Shown here: positions 11,228 to 23,442 of the stretch, one piece after another | How positions within the stretch are numbered: position 1 is the first letter of the stretch | How the letters are laid out: every line of letters starts with the position of its first letter | From: Mobula hypostoma | Taxonomy: Eukaryota | Length of the DNA: 64,000 nucleotides | Assembly (NCBI RefSeq): GCF_963921235.1 | Contig: NC_086101.1 | Span: forward strand, 6,946,001-7,010,000 | Direction of reading: 5' to 3' | Translations under genes and position numbers: made by a program | The notes under the pieces: generated by a model | Seen by the model: the letters and a program-made list of their open reading frames with translations, nothing else | Database searches by the model: none | What the model was told of the DNA's origin: nothing

Positions 11228-12886
11228 CAAACACGAGGAAATCTGCAGATGCTGAAATTTCAAGCAACACACATAAACGTTGCTGGTGAATGCAGCAGGC
11301 CAGGCAACATCTGTAGGAAGAGGTACAGTCGACGTTTCGGGCCAAGACCCTTCGTCAGGACTAACAGAAAGAAGAGCTAGTAAGAGATTTGGAAGTGGGA
11401 GGGGGAAGGGGAGATCCGAAATGATAGGAGAAGACAGGAGGGGGAGGGATGGAGCCAAGAGCTGGACAGTTGATTGGCAAAAGGGATATGAGAGGATCAT
11501 GGGACAGGAGGCCCAGGGAGAAAGAAAAGGAGGAGGGGGAAAGCCCAGAAGATGGGCAAGGGGTATAGTGAGGAGGACAGAGGGAGAAAACAGAGAGAGG
11601 AAAAGAATGTGTGTATATAAATAAATAACGGATGGGGTACGAGGGGTGGTGGGGCATTAGCGGAAGTTAGAGAAGTCAATGTTCATGCCATCAGGTTGGA
11701 GGCTACCCAGACGGAATATAAGGTGTTGTTCCTCCAACCTGAGTGTGGCTTCATCTTTACAGTAGAGAAGGCCATGGAAAGACATATCAGAATTGGAATG
11801 GGATGTGGAATTAAAATCAATCGGACGCCTCAGCCAGCTCACGGATTGACTTCCTCTTTCTCTTATTGTCCCTCATGGTCAAATCCACTGACGTCAAGCC
11901 AGTGTTCTTCTCTGACCACTGTCTTCTACAAGGATGACTTACGGGAGAACCGGAATGCAGGTAGGGGGACGTGGAAGCTGAACGTTAAGCTGCTGACCAG
12001 ACAGCAGATGCGGCGGAGTCAGGGGAATTGCGAGAAGGGGATGGCATTTTTGCAAGCAACAGGGTGAGAAGAGGAATAGTCCCTCCCCACCGTTCTCCCT
12101 CCTGGCACTTATCCTTGTAAGCGGAACAAGTGCTACACATGCCCTTACACTTCCTCCCTCACAACCATTCATACAGTCCTTCCAGGTGAGGCAGACACTT
12201 CAACTGTGAATCGGCTGGGGTGACATACTACACCCGGTGCTCCCGATGCGGCCTTCTATATATTGGCGAGACCCAACGCAGACTGGGAGATCGTTTCACT
12301 GAACACCTACGCTCTGTCCACCAGAGAAAGCAGGATCTCCCAGTGGCCACACATTTTAATTCCACATCCCATTCCCATTCTGACATGTCTATCCACGGCC
12401 TCCTCTACTGTAAAGATGAAGCCACACTCAGGTTGGAGGAACAACACCTTATATTCCATCTGGGTAGCTTCCAACCTGATGGCATGGACATTGACTTCTC
12501 AAACTTCCGCTCGAACCCTATCCGTTATTTATTTATATACACATAGTCTTTTTCTCTCTCTCTGGTTTCTCCCTCTGTCCCTCTCACTATACCACTTGCC
12601 CATCCTCTGGGCTTCCCCCCCCTCCCCCTTTTCTTTCTCCCTGGGCCTCCTGTCCCATGATCCTCTCATATCCCTTTTGTCAATCAACTGTCCAGCTCTT
12701 GGCTCCATCCCTCACCCTCCTGACTTCTCCTATCATTTCGGATCTCCCCCTCCCTCTCCCACTTTCAAATCTCTTACTAGCTCTTCTTTCAGTTATTCCT
12801 GACGAAGGGTCTTGGCCCGAAACGCCAACTGTACCTATTGCTAGAGATGCTGCCTGGCCTGCTGCATTCACCAGCAACTGTTATGT
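11228..12886. mobile_element. Young PLE insertion with long inverted arms (GIY-YIG and 3' end), TSD about 14 bp
   Basis: GTGTTATATAGCTG at 11214-11227 and 12887-12900; left arm in minus sense, right arm in plus sense; GIY-YIG ORF 12220..12546 (RCSRCGLLYIGETQRRLGDRFTEH). Confidence 0.88.
11326..11363 (-). ncRNA. Minimal type I hammerhead ribozyme motif (intact core)
   Basis: Minus-strand RNA reads UAGUC-CUGACGA-A-GGGU-CUUG-GCCC-GAAA-CG-UC-GACUG: stem I UAGUC/GACUG, CUGANGA box, stem II GGGU/GCCC, GAAA box, palindromic ACGU mini stem III and a GUC cleavage triplet. Such minimal hammerheads are known in PLEs. Confidence 0.8.
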
Positions 12887-14817
12887 GTGTTATATAGCTG
12901 TAACATTACCTCACATCTCTTGAACTCGATCTCACAGTTGAAGGCCAACACACCATACGCCTTCTTAACCATACTGTCCACCTGCGCAGCAGCTTTGAGT
13001 GTCCTCTGGACAAGAACTCGCTGACCCTCAACACTGTCAAGATTCTTAGCATTAATATTATATTCTGTCTTGAAATTTGACCTACCAAAATGAGCCACCT
13101 CACACTTGAAGTCTATCTGCCACTTCTCAGCCCAGTTCTGCATCCTATCGATGTCCCACTGTAACCTCTGACAACCCTCCAGACTATCCACAATATCCCC
13201 AACCCTTGTGTCATCAGCAAAGTTATTAACCCACCTTTCTACTTCTTCATCGAGGTCATTTATAAAAATCACAAAGAGGAGGGGCCCCGGAACAGATTCC
13301 TGTGGAACACCACTGTTCACTGACCTCCATACAGAATATGAACCATCTACAACTACCCTATGTCTTCTGTGGGTAAGCCAGTCCTGGTTCCACAAAGCAA
13401 GGTCTCCTTCGATCCCCTGCCTCCTTACTTTCTGAAGGAGCCTGGCATAGGGAACCTTATCTAATGCCTTACTGAAATCCATACACACTACATCCACTGC
13501 TCTACCTTCATCAATGTGCTTTGCTACTTCCTCAAATATTTCAATCAGGCTCGTAAGGCATGACCTGCCCTTGACAAGGCCATGCTGACTACCCCTAATC
13601 AGATTACATCTCTCCAAATGCTTATAAACCCTGCCTCTCAGGATCTTCAACAACTTTCCCAGCTCACTGGTCAATAATTTCTTGGGTTATAGACTCCTTT
13701 TCTTGAACAAGAGAACAAAATTTGCAACTCGGCAATCCTTCGGTTCTTCTCCATCCCAATTGATGACACAAAAATCATTACAAGGTGCTCAGCAATCTCC
13801 TGTCCCGATTCCCACAGTAGCCTGGGGTATATCACATCCGGTCCCGGTGACTTAATGTTTTTCAAAACATCCAGCACATCCTCTTTCTCAATGTCTATAT
13901 GCTTAAGCATTTCAGTCCACTGTAAGTAATCCCCACAATTGTCAATGTCTTTTTCCCTGGTGAATACTGAAGCACCAAGTACACATTAATACCTCTGCAA
14001 CCTTCTCCGACCCCATGCACACGTTTCCCTATCACACCTGATTGGTCCTATTCTCACATAGCTCATTCTCTTGCTCTTCACATACTTCTGGAATGCTTTG
14101 AGGATTTCCTTAATCGTGCTCACCAAGGCCTTCTCGTGGCCCCTTCTGGCTCTCCTCATTCCATTCTTAAGCTCCATCCTAGCAAACTTGTAATTTCCTA
14201 GAGCTCTAGTAGTACCTAGTTTCTTGAACTTTTCACAAGCTTTTCTTTTCTCCTTAACTAGATCTTCTGATTCCTTTGTACACCATGGTTCTTTAACCCT
14301 ACCATCCTTTCCTTGCCTTAATGGAAAATAGCTATGCAGATCTCCATGCAAATGTTACTGACAGGAGCTTCCTGTGACGCTGTGAACAAACTCGGCCCTT
14401 CCATGGGACTGAAATCTGCAGCTGACGGAGGCGGTCCGTCAATCGGCAGGACCGGCTCTCATCGGCCGAGGAGTGAGCCCGCCCAGTGGGCCGTCCATTG
14501 CCACCGGGAGCGAATGGGTCCGATCCGGGCACAGGCCGCAAATCGGCAGCTGCACCTTGGGAACCGCTGCAATACCGACCAGGGCTGCGAATCTTTTCCG
14601 TGGTGGAGGTGAGGAGATTCCGTGAGCTGTTCCAGCTATACGGAGGGTGCCGGGCCTTTCCCCGCCGGGGATCGGGGCCTGTCGTCTGCAGCTGCCTCCG
14701 AAACCCGCCTCTTGCTGCTGGGAGATCGGAGCCGCGCCGCAGCGGCTGCTGATGGGTCGCTGGTGTTCTCCCCTCTCTCCTGTGCAATCCGACAGACTGA
14801 AGGGCGAGGGAGGACAA

Positions 14818-17095
14818 GCACCGATGATCCCTTCTCCGGTCTTCAACCCTCCTCCTCTCCCTGGTCACCCCGCTCGGGTCTTCTGCCTGCTCTGGATCTT
14901 TACATTGCCAACTGCCGACGGGACATTAACCGTCTCCACTCCTCTCTCCAATTCCAACCTCACTCCTTCCGAACGCTCTGCTCTCCACTCCCTCAGCACC
15001 AATCCTCACCTCACCCTCAAACCCGCAGATAAGTGGGGTGCTGTAATAGTCCGGCGTACTGACCTCTACCGTTCAGACCCAGCGACAATTCTCAGACATC
15101 TCCTACTCACTTACTCCTCGAACAGGACCCCGCTAAGGAGCACCAGGCCACTGTCTCCCACACCATCACCAACTTTGTAAGCTCTGGGGTTCTCCCAGCC
15201 ACTGCCTGCAACCTCTTAGTTCCCGCACCTCCCCGTTCTACCTTTTACCCAAGATCCACAAACCTACCTGTCCAGGTAGACCCATTGTATCATCTTGTTC
15301 CTGCCCCACTGAACTCATATCAGCATACTTCAACTCTGTTTTATCCCTCCTCGTCCAGTCCCTTCCTCCCGACAACAGTGGCACTTCACACACTCTGAAT
15401 CTTTTCAATGATTTCAGGATCCCTGGCCCCAATCACCTGATCTTCACTCTGGTTGTCCTGTACCTATACACCTACATACAGCACCAGGAAGGCCTCAAAG
15501 TTCTCCATTTCTTTCTGAACACTAAAACCAGGCAGTTTTCCTCCAGCACCACCACTCTCCTCTATCTGGCAGAACTTGTCCTCACTCTCAGTAATGTCTC
15601 CTTTCACTCCTCCCGCTTCCTTCAAACAAAAGGGGTAGCCATGGGCACTCGCAAGGGTCCCAGTTATGTCTGCCTTTTTGTCAGCTACATGGAACAGTTT
15701 ATGTTACTGGTGTCTGTCCCCCACTTTTCCTACGCTACATTGATGACTGCAGAGGTGTTGCTTCCTGCACCAATTCTGAGCTCTTCGACTTCATCAACTT
15801 TGCCTCCAACATCCACCCTGCCCTTAACTTTACCTGGCCCATTTCCAACTCCTCCCTTCCCTTTCTCGTCCTCACTGTCTCTGTCTCTGGAGACAGCTTA
15901 TTTACTGATGCCTGTTATAAACCCACGGACTCTCACAGCTACCTGGACTGTTCCTCTTCCCACCCAGTTACTTGTAAAAATGCCATCCCCTCTCTCAGTT
16001 CTTTTCTGTCCACCACATCTACTCTCAGGATGAGGCTTTTCATTCCAGAATTAAGGAGATGTCCTCCTTCAATGAAAGGGGCATCTCTTCCTCCACCATC
16101 AAAGCTGCCCTCAACTGCATCACTTCCATTTTGCACATGTCTGCCCACACCCCATCCTCCTGCCATCCCACCAGAGACAAGGTTCCTCTTGTTGTCACCT
16201 CCCACCTCACCAGCTCCTGCATCCAGCACATAATTCTCCATAACTTCCACCATCTCCAACAGGATCCCACTGCCAAGCACACCTTTCCCTCCCCCTCACT
16301 TTCTGCTTTCCACAGGGTTCTCCCCCTACATGACTCCTTTACCTATTCACTCCTCCCCACTGATCTCCCTCCTGACAAATGGAACATGTGCTACACCTCC
16401 TCCCTCACTACCATTCAGGGCCCCAAACAGCCCTTCCAGGTGAGGCGACACTTCACCTGTGACTCCTGGTGTGTCTTGTACATCGGTGAGACCCGGCGTA
16501 GATTGGGAGACCGCTTCGCTGAGCACCTATGCTCCATTTGCCAGAAAAAGCAGGATCTCCCAGTGGCCACCCACTTTAATTGCACTTCCCATTCCCATTC
16601 CAACATGTCAATCTATGGCCTTCTCTACTGTCACGATGAGGACACAATCAGGTTGGAGGAGCAACACCTTATATTCTACTTGGGTATCCTCCAACCTGAT
16701 GGCATGAACATCGATTTCTCACCCCCTTCTTCATCATTCCCCATTCCCTTTTCCCTCTCTTACTTTATCTCTTTGTCTGCCCATCACCTCCCTCAGATGC
16801 TCCTCCCCCTTTCCTTTTTTTCCATGGTCTTCTGTCCTCTCCTATTGGATTTCCCCTTCTCCAGCCCTGTATCTTTCACCGATCAAATTCCCAGCTCTTC
16901 ACTTCACCCCTCCCCGCTTCCCGGTGTCACCTATCACCCTGTGTTTCTCCCTCCCCTCCCCCAACTTTTAACCCTGACTCCTCATCTGTTTCTCTCTGGT
17001 CTTGATGAAGGGTCTCGGCCCGAAACATTGACTGTACTCTTTTCCTTAGATGCTGCCTGGCCTGCTGAATTCCTCCAGCATTTTGTGTGTGCTGC
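14818..17095 (+). mobile_element. Penelope-like element, largely complete but frameshifted (RT, GIY-YIG, 3' repeat)
   Basis: LDLYIANCRRDINRL, NLTPSERSALHSL...KPADK, LLPKIHK, GVAMGT, LRYIDD, LYIGETRRRLGDRFAEH; decayed hammerhead at about 17000-17035. Confidence 0.9.
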
Positions 17096-17119
17096 AAAGG
17101 TAAATTATGTTTTATGAAA

Positions 17120-17520
17120 TTAAGCTTTATTTATAATAAAATATCTACAAAAGTTTAAAACAGTTCAAATGATATTTGACATTCTTAATGTCATATGGTC
17201 AATACATTCAGCAGTCTTGACACTGTCTAAACAATTGCCATTCCGAATGCCTCAGGGATGTTGCAAATTTCAGTGTTCACCTCCTGACCCAGGCCCTCCA
17301 TGTGTGGTAGCAGAAGGAGTCTCGACTGTGGTCCCGTCCCAGAGACTGGCTGTGCCAATATCCACTGTGTCCCTCAGCACGTCCTCCTGCAGCCTGGACT
17401 GTGCCTGTTGACAGCGTTCCCTTCAGGACATCTGACTGTGCTGGGAGACCAACAGGTTTCGGGCAGAACAAAGAGCGTCTCTCACTGAGTTGATGATCTT
17501 CCAGCAGCAGTTCCCGGGCT
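17120..17520 (-). mobile_element. Tx1-type (L1 clade) ORF2 C-terminus and 3' UTR
   Basis: Minus strand reads CCWKIINSVRDALCSARNLLVSQH...QSRLQEDVLRD, which I recognise as the C-terminal signature of fish Tx1-like elements; AATAAA near the end. Confidence 0.65.
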
Positions 17521-17629
17521 GAATGACTCAATGGAGAACGTGGTGGAGGGATTGTTTGCTGAGTCAGTGTGAGTGGAAGTGAGAAACAGGAAGGGAGCAA
17601 GTCCTTTGTTGGGAGCGAGAGGATTGGGA

Positions 17630-19490
17630 AGCTTTTAAAAACTAACAGATGGAAACTAAAAAAAACAGGTTAGTAAAGATGAAATATGAAGCTTAGCTAG
17701 TCAATAATATAAAGGAGGATATCAAAAGTTTTATCAGATAAGTAAGAGTAAAAGAGAGGTGAGAGTGAATATCAGACCACGAGAAAGTTACATTGGAAAT
17801 GGTGGACAAAGTCATTAAGTACATTGTATCAGTCTTCATTGTGGAAGACACCAGCAGTCTGCCAGAATTTTGAGAGTGTCAGGGCACTGAAGTGAGTGTT
17901 GTCACTATCACTATAGAGAAGGACTGTGGAAAGCACAAAGATCTGAAAGTAGACAAGTCACCTGGACCCGATGGGTGAGACCCAGTGGTTCTTAAAGAAG
18001 TAGCTGAAGTGATTGTGGAGATATTAGTGCTAATCTTTCAGTTTTCACTAGATTCTGGAGTGTTTTTGGGGGACTGGAAAATTGCAAATGCCACTTGAGT
18101 GGCATCTTTTTAAAAAGGGAGGGAGGCAAAAGACAGGAAATCATAAATGATCTCTTCAGACTTCACTGGTTGGCTAGAGTCTGTTATTAAGGATGAGGTT
18201 TCAGAGTAATTGGTAGGTTGATATGGTAGCATGATAGGTTGAAATCAGCATTGTTTCCCTCAGGAGAAATCTTGCCTGACAAATCCGTTGCATTCTTTGA
18301 GGAAATAACAGGTAGGATAGACAAAGGAGAGTTAGTAGACGTTGTTTTCTCAGATGTTCAGAAGGCATTTGACAAGGAGCCGCACATGAGGCTGCTAAAC
18401 AAGATGAGAGTCCATGGAATTACAGGAAAGATACCAGCACGGATAGGAGATTGACTGACTCTCAGGAGATAAAGAGAGGGAATAAAGGGGTCCTTTACTG
18501 GTCGGGTGTCGGTGACGAGTGGGTTCCGCAGGGGTCGGTGTTGGGACCGCTTCTTTTCATTTTGTTTGTCAGTGATATGGATGGCAGAATTGCTGGTTTT
18601 GTGGATAATACAAAGACAGCTGGAGGGGTAGGTAGTATTGAGGAAACAGTGAGTCTGCACTCGGCCTTAGATTGCAGAATGGCGAAGAACTGGTAGCTGG
18701 AATATAGTGCAGGGAAGTACATGGTCGTGCACATTGGTAGAGGGAATAAAGGTATTGACTACTAAACGTGCAGCAAATTCAGAAATCGAGGTTGACAGAG
18801 ACTTGGGAATCCTAGAGCAGTATTACCTAAAGGTTAACATTCAGGCTGAGTCAGTAGTCGGGAAGGCAAATACAATGTTCGCATTAATTTTGAGGGGACA
18901 AGAATGTAAAAGAAAAGATGTAATGCTGAGCCTTGATAAGGCATTGGTCAGACTCCATTTGGAGTATTGTGAGCAGTTTTGGCTCCTCATATCAGAAAGG
19001 ATGTGGTGACATTGGAGAGGGTCCAGAGGTAGTTCAGAAAAATGATCCTGGTAAGGAACGGATTAGGTAGAAGAAGCATTTGATGGTTCTGTGCCTCCAT
19101 TTGCTGGAGTTCAGAAAAATAAGGAGTTATCTCATTGTGACCAATCAAATACTGGATGGCCTACAGAGAGTGGAGTTGGAGAGGATGACTCCAATAGTGG
19201 GAGAGTCGAGGACCAAGGCGCACAGACCCATAATACAAATACATCCCTTTTGTACAGTGGTGAAGGGGAATTTCTTTAGCCAGAAGACTGTGAAACTGGA
19301 ATTCATTGTCACAGAGTGATGTGGGGGCCAAGTCATTGAGTATATTTAAAGTTGAGGTTGATGGATTCTTGATTAGTGAGGGCATCAAATTGTCGGGAGA
19401 AGGTGGGAGAATAGGACTGAGAGGGTAAATAAGTCAGCCATGATGGATTGTTGGTGAAATTCTATCCTGTGTTCTGTGGTCTTATGGTCA
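17630..19490 (+). mobile_element. Old CR1 LINE (RT to 3' end); further CR1 debris on the minus strand to about 20050
   Basis: [36 protein letters not shown], heavily disrupted. Confidence 0.8.
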
Positions 19491-20319
19491 AACTCAGTTT
19501 GATCCTGTCTCTCAGAAATTTTCCCATCACAGATGTGAGACTCAGAGACCTGGAGTTCCCTGGATTGTCCTTCCAGCCCTTCTCAAGTTGTGTCCTTGAG
19601 CCACCCGCCAGTCATCCGGCCCCTCACCTGTGGCTAAGTGTGAAGTAAATTTCTCTGCCAAGACCCCGGCAATTTTGACCAGGTCGGGTGATGTTTTCAG
19701 ATAAACTTGATCCACTTTAATTGGCTTTAAGATCATCAGCACCTACTCTTCTGTAATGTGAGATTTTCCAAGATGTTGATGTTCATTTTCCTTCATTCCG
19801 TGGATTCCATGATGTTTTCCCTAGGAGCTAGAGATGGGAAATATTGATTTCAGACCACTCCCCTCCCGAGCTCTTCCACCGGTTGATAACCACATCAGTG
19901 CTTAAGGAAATCTGTTCTCTCACTAATTACTCTTTAAATCTCAATGTGCCTGTAGCACCTCATGAATGTCATTCAAATTATCTGACAGAGCTATCACGTG
20001 TTCTCCTCCTATCCTCTTGATTTCTCTCTTCACTGTACTCCTCCCTCTGTCTGATACTCCTCGGGTCAGAGAGCTGTGAACGGGGGTTTCTCACAGAGAG
20101 TTGAATCCACCCTTGTTTACTCTTTGTAGTCAGAGCCTTCACAATGTATTTTCCCAGTTCCCTCAGTAACCTGGTCCCACTGTGTCTGTGCTGAATGTGT
20201 ACACTCTATATCCCGCACACCCCGCCTCCCTTTTCCTGAGTCCTCACAGGCAGCCACAAAATAAAGAAACCCAACAGAACCCAAAAGAAAGAAGACCGTC
20301 AAACATACAATGCACAGAA

Positions 20320-20875
20320 AAATACTCGGTACTCCAAAGACAAAAAGAAGCCGATAGAGGAACTCAGCAGGTCGGGTAGCATCTCTGCAGGAAAAGTGAT
20401 AGTCGACGTTTCAGGCTGAGGTTCTGCATCAAAGCCCTGTCTCTGCTGCCTCTTGTGTCTCCACAACACCCCAAACATGACCTCACCAAAGCTTCAAGCA
20501 AGAGAAGATCAGATCTTCGTCAGGACTGGAGAAAAAAAGATGAGAAGTCAGAGTAAGAAGGTGAGGGGAGGGAAAGAAGAAATACAAGGTTGTAGGTGAT
20601 CGGTGAAACCGGGAGAGGGGGAGTGGTGAATAAAGAGCTGGGAAAGAGACTGGTGAAATTGATAAAGGGCTGGAGAAGGGGGAATCTGATAGAGGACAGA
20701 AGGCCATGGAAGAAAGGGGAGATGGACGAGCACCAGAGGGAGGTGATGGGCATGAAAGGAAATAAGGTGAGAGAGCGAAATGGGAATGGGGAATGGTGAG
20801 GGTGTGGCCGTTACCGGAAGTTCAAGAAATTGATGTTCATGCCATCAGGTTGGAGGCTACCCAGACGGAATAATG
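20320..20875 (-). mobile_element. PLE 3' fragments; similar plus-strand fragments at about 21865-22150 and 22520-23010
   Basis: GGAACTCAGCAGGTC repeat word, purine-rich tract and RLGSLQPDGMNI end of the GIY-YIG ORF. Confidence 0.7.
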
Positions 20876-22233
20876 TTTTGACAAGATATAAGTGGATAGT
20901 TTGACTAGAGAAGCGATTACAGATGTCCGCCTCCCAGTAAGTGAGGCTGGAACCAAGTGGTTAATGTGTCAGTGCGGAAGACTTTTCCCCAGGGAGCATC
21001 TTTCTATTAGTTTTGAAACAGATGGAAAAATTGGACCAGTGCTGAGCCTGCATCTACCTGGAAAGCAGAGAAGATGTCTCAGGCTTTCTCTCTCTTTCTC
21101 TGCCACACGCACACGCACAGACACGTGAGCTCAGACATTTACCTTTATCCACGGCCTTGTCCTCACTTGCACTTACACACAGTTTCATCTGAACCTCCCT
21201 CAACTTTGATCCCGGTTGTCCTCTCCCTCGGGATTCCCCCCGCCCCTTACCTTCTGTGCACCCTTCCTCAGACCGCATGTCTCCAACACTTGCCCACCCC
21301 TCCCTCTGCTGCACCCTGTTTGCTACGTGGTACCTTCCCGTGACCCCTGCATTGGGCTCTCCTTCCCACCCGAGTGGGTGACACAATTCTTGCTCGAGTG
21401 ACACAACTGTCCCAAATGATCATGTGAGCGAGGCTGAGTGATGGATGGGGCGAAATGGGCACAGGAACACTGAGTGACGGAGGGGCAGAAAGAAATCCAC
21501 ACTGAGAACCGCGTGTGACCTTTGATACCGGCAAGGGGGTCTTTTGTCACCAGTGAGTTTGACAGGGCTGGAGAGTGAGTGAGGGGAATGGACTGAGGTT
21601 GAGGATCACATGGGAGGATGGGTAAGAGATGAAAGGGGTACGCCACCATGTGACCCTCAACCTCAGACATCGTTGATAATGCTCTGAACTCGGGATTCCG
21701 CCAATCTGGCTGATAAATGTTTGGACGTTCAGTTCATGGCGGTACCGCTTTCAACCAGGAGATGGGGATAGCGAGCTGTGCAAAGATCAGTTTCACGGCG
21801 AGGATCCCCACCTGCTGCTGGGAACCGGTACTGCAGGAAGAGCCGGAAAAAAACACATCAGAGTCTCTTCAGCCCTTCACCTTGTCCACCTGTCACCTCC
21901 CAGCTTTTTCCTTCATGCTCCCTCCCCCAATCCCCCACCCGACTCACCTGGTGTATCTTTCACATGTCATTTGTACTCCTTACCCTCCCCCGCCTTATTC
22001 CGACTTTATCCCCCCTCCTGCCCAGTCCCGATGAAGGTTCTCGGCGGGAAACATCGTCTGTTTATTCCTTCCATAAATGCAGCCGGACCCGCTGAGTTCC
22101 TCCAGCATTTTGTGCTGCTCGGGATTTCCAGCGTCTGCAGACTCTCGTGTGTCAGATCCATCTGTTGTTGTTTGCTTGTTCGTTTATTTGAATCAGATGC
22201 TGGAAAAACTAAAAATAAACAGAAAATATTTGA

Positions 22234-22341
22234 GCAACACACATCAAAGTTGCTGGTGAACGCAGCAGACCAGGCAGCAACTTTGATGTGTGTTGCTTGA
22301 ATTTCCAGCATCTGCAGAATTCCTGTTGTTTGCGTTTTTAC
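22234..22341. mobile_element. Very short PLE-derived hairpin with TSD
   Basis: GCAACACACATCAAAGTTGCTG and its perfect reverse complement around a 19-nt loop, followed by the family tail; AAAATATTTGA duplicated at 22223-22233 and 22342-22352. Confidence 0.8.
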
Positions 22342-23277
22342 AAAATATTTGAACTCCGCAGAGGCCAGGCAGCGTTTGAATGAAGATGTCATGGACGTGG
22401 AACGCAAACTCTGTGTCTCTCTTCGTGGATCCTGACTGACCTGTTATTGTTGTTCCTGCATTTCCTGGGGATAAAACGGGTCGAAAACAGAATAACTGAT
22501 TCCACGTGGGCACCCGTTGTGATCTTGTCTCATAAATTAGAAGAACCGCTCCTCATGTTCCACTGGGGCAGCCTGAAACCTGCCGGCATGAACATTGAAT
22601 TCTCTGTCTTTCGGTAGTTGCTCCTCCTCTGTCACTTTTCCTTTTAATTTTCTCTCTTCATGATCCATCAGCCTCCATCACTCTCTCTCTTTCCCCTCCT
22701 CCCCACCCTCTCCATCTGCCCATCCCCCACACGCTGTTCCCCCTCCCTCCCTTTATTCCAGACTCCACCTTCCTCTCCTACCAGATTCCATCATCTTTGT
22801 CACTGCCACCTCTCACCTCCCGGCTTCTGACACATTCCCACACTCCACCCCTCCCTCATCTGCCAGCTCTTCCTCCACCTTTCTGTACCGACCATCTCCC
22901 CTCTTTCAGCCGAGATGAAGGGTCTCGACCCGAAATGGTAACTGTTCATTTCCCATTCCCATACTGCCTGCCTCGCTGAGAATCTCCGGCGCTTTGTGTG
23001 TTTCCAGCGTTGCCTGGCCATTCCCTAACATTCACCTTGACCTTCCCAGTCAGCACCACCACCGCTTGTCCAACTTAACCCGTCGCATTGAAGGTGGACT
23101 TTAGGACCCGGGCAGCTCACAACCTGTAGCCCGCGGCTGCTACTGAATACGCAGTATTTCTGTTCCGTTGGTGGATGCAGTGAACACATTAAAATTAATG
23201 GATCTGTATTTCGTGTTTATTTCATTCTCTACACACTTATATTGACACCGAGTTACTCCTGACGCCGGTCCCGGGAC

Positions 23278-23442
23278 CAGACCCGGAGCGGAACCGGAGC
23301 AGATTCCCAGCCACAGGTTTTTATGCCAAGACCAGAAAAAAGGATAAAGTTTCTCCGTGAATTTATTTCCAGTGAAGATGTGGAGATGGGACTTGGTCTC
23401 CGCGTTGTAAAATGAAACCGTCCCGGACTCGTAACTGAGATA
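23278..23442 (-). pseudogene. Orphan C-terminal SPRY (B30.2) fragment of a TRIM-like gene
   Basis: [61 protein letters not shown] downstream (about 23216-23221); upstream PRY/SPRY sequence is replaced by unrelated DNA and a Rex1 element. Confidence 0.85.

Larger units (their letters stand above)
10663..14357 (-). mobile_element. 5'-truncated CR1 LINE, interrupted by the PLE at 11228-12886
   Basis: RT ORF 12868..13674 (SQHGLVKGRSCLTSLIE, DFSKALDKVP, FADDT), tether region at 13986-14351, CATAGAA tail at the left end. Confidence 0.9.

Noticed and set aside
20060..20210. Possible C2H2 zinc-finger remnant (CEKPPFT)
   Set aside because: No C-x2-C...H-x3-H pattern in any frame I checked.
21690..22400. 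Tetraspanin-like peptides (KYFLFIFSF after removing the hairpin; GILAVKLIF)
   Set aside because: Short, followed by stops, and splice positions do not fit; probably chance hydrophobic words from T-rich DNA.
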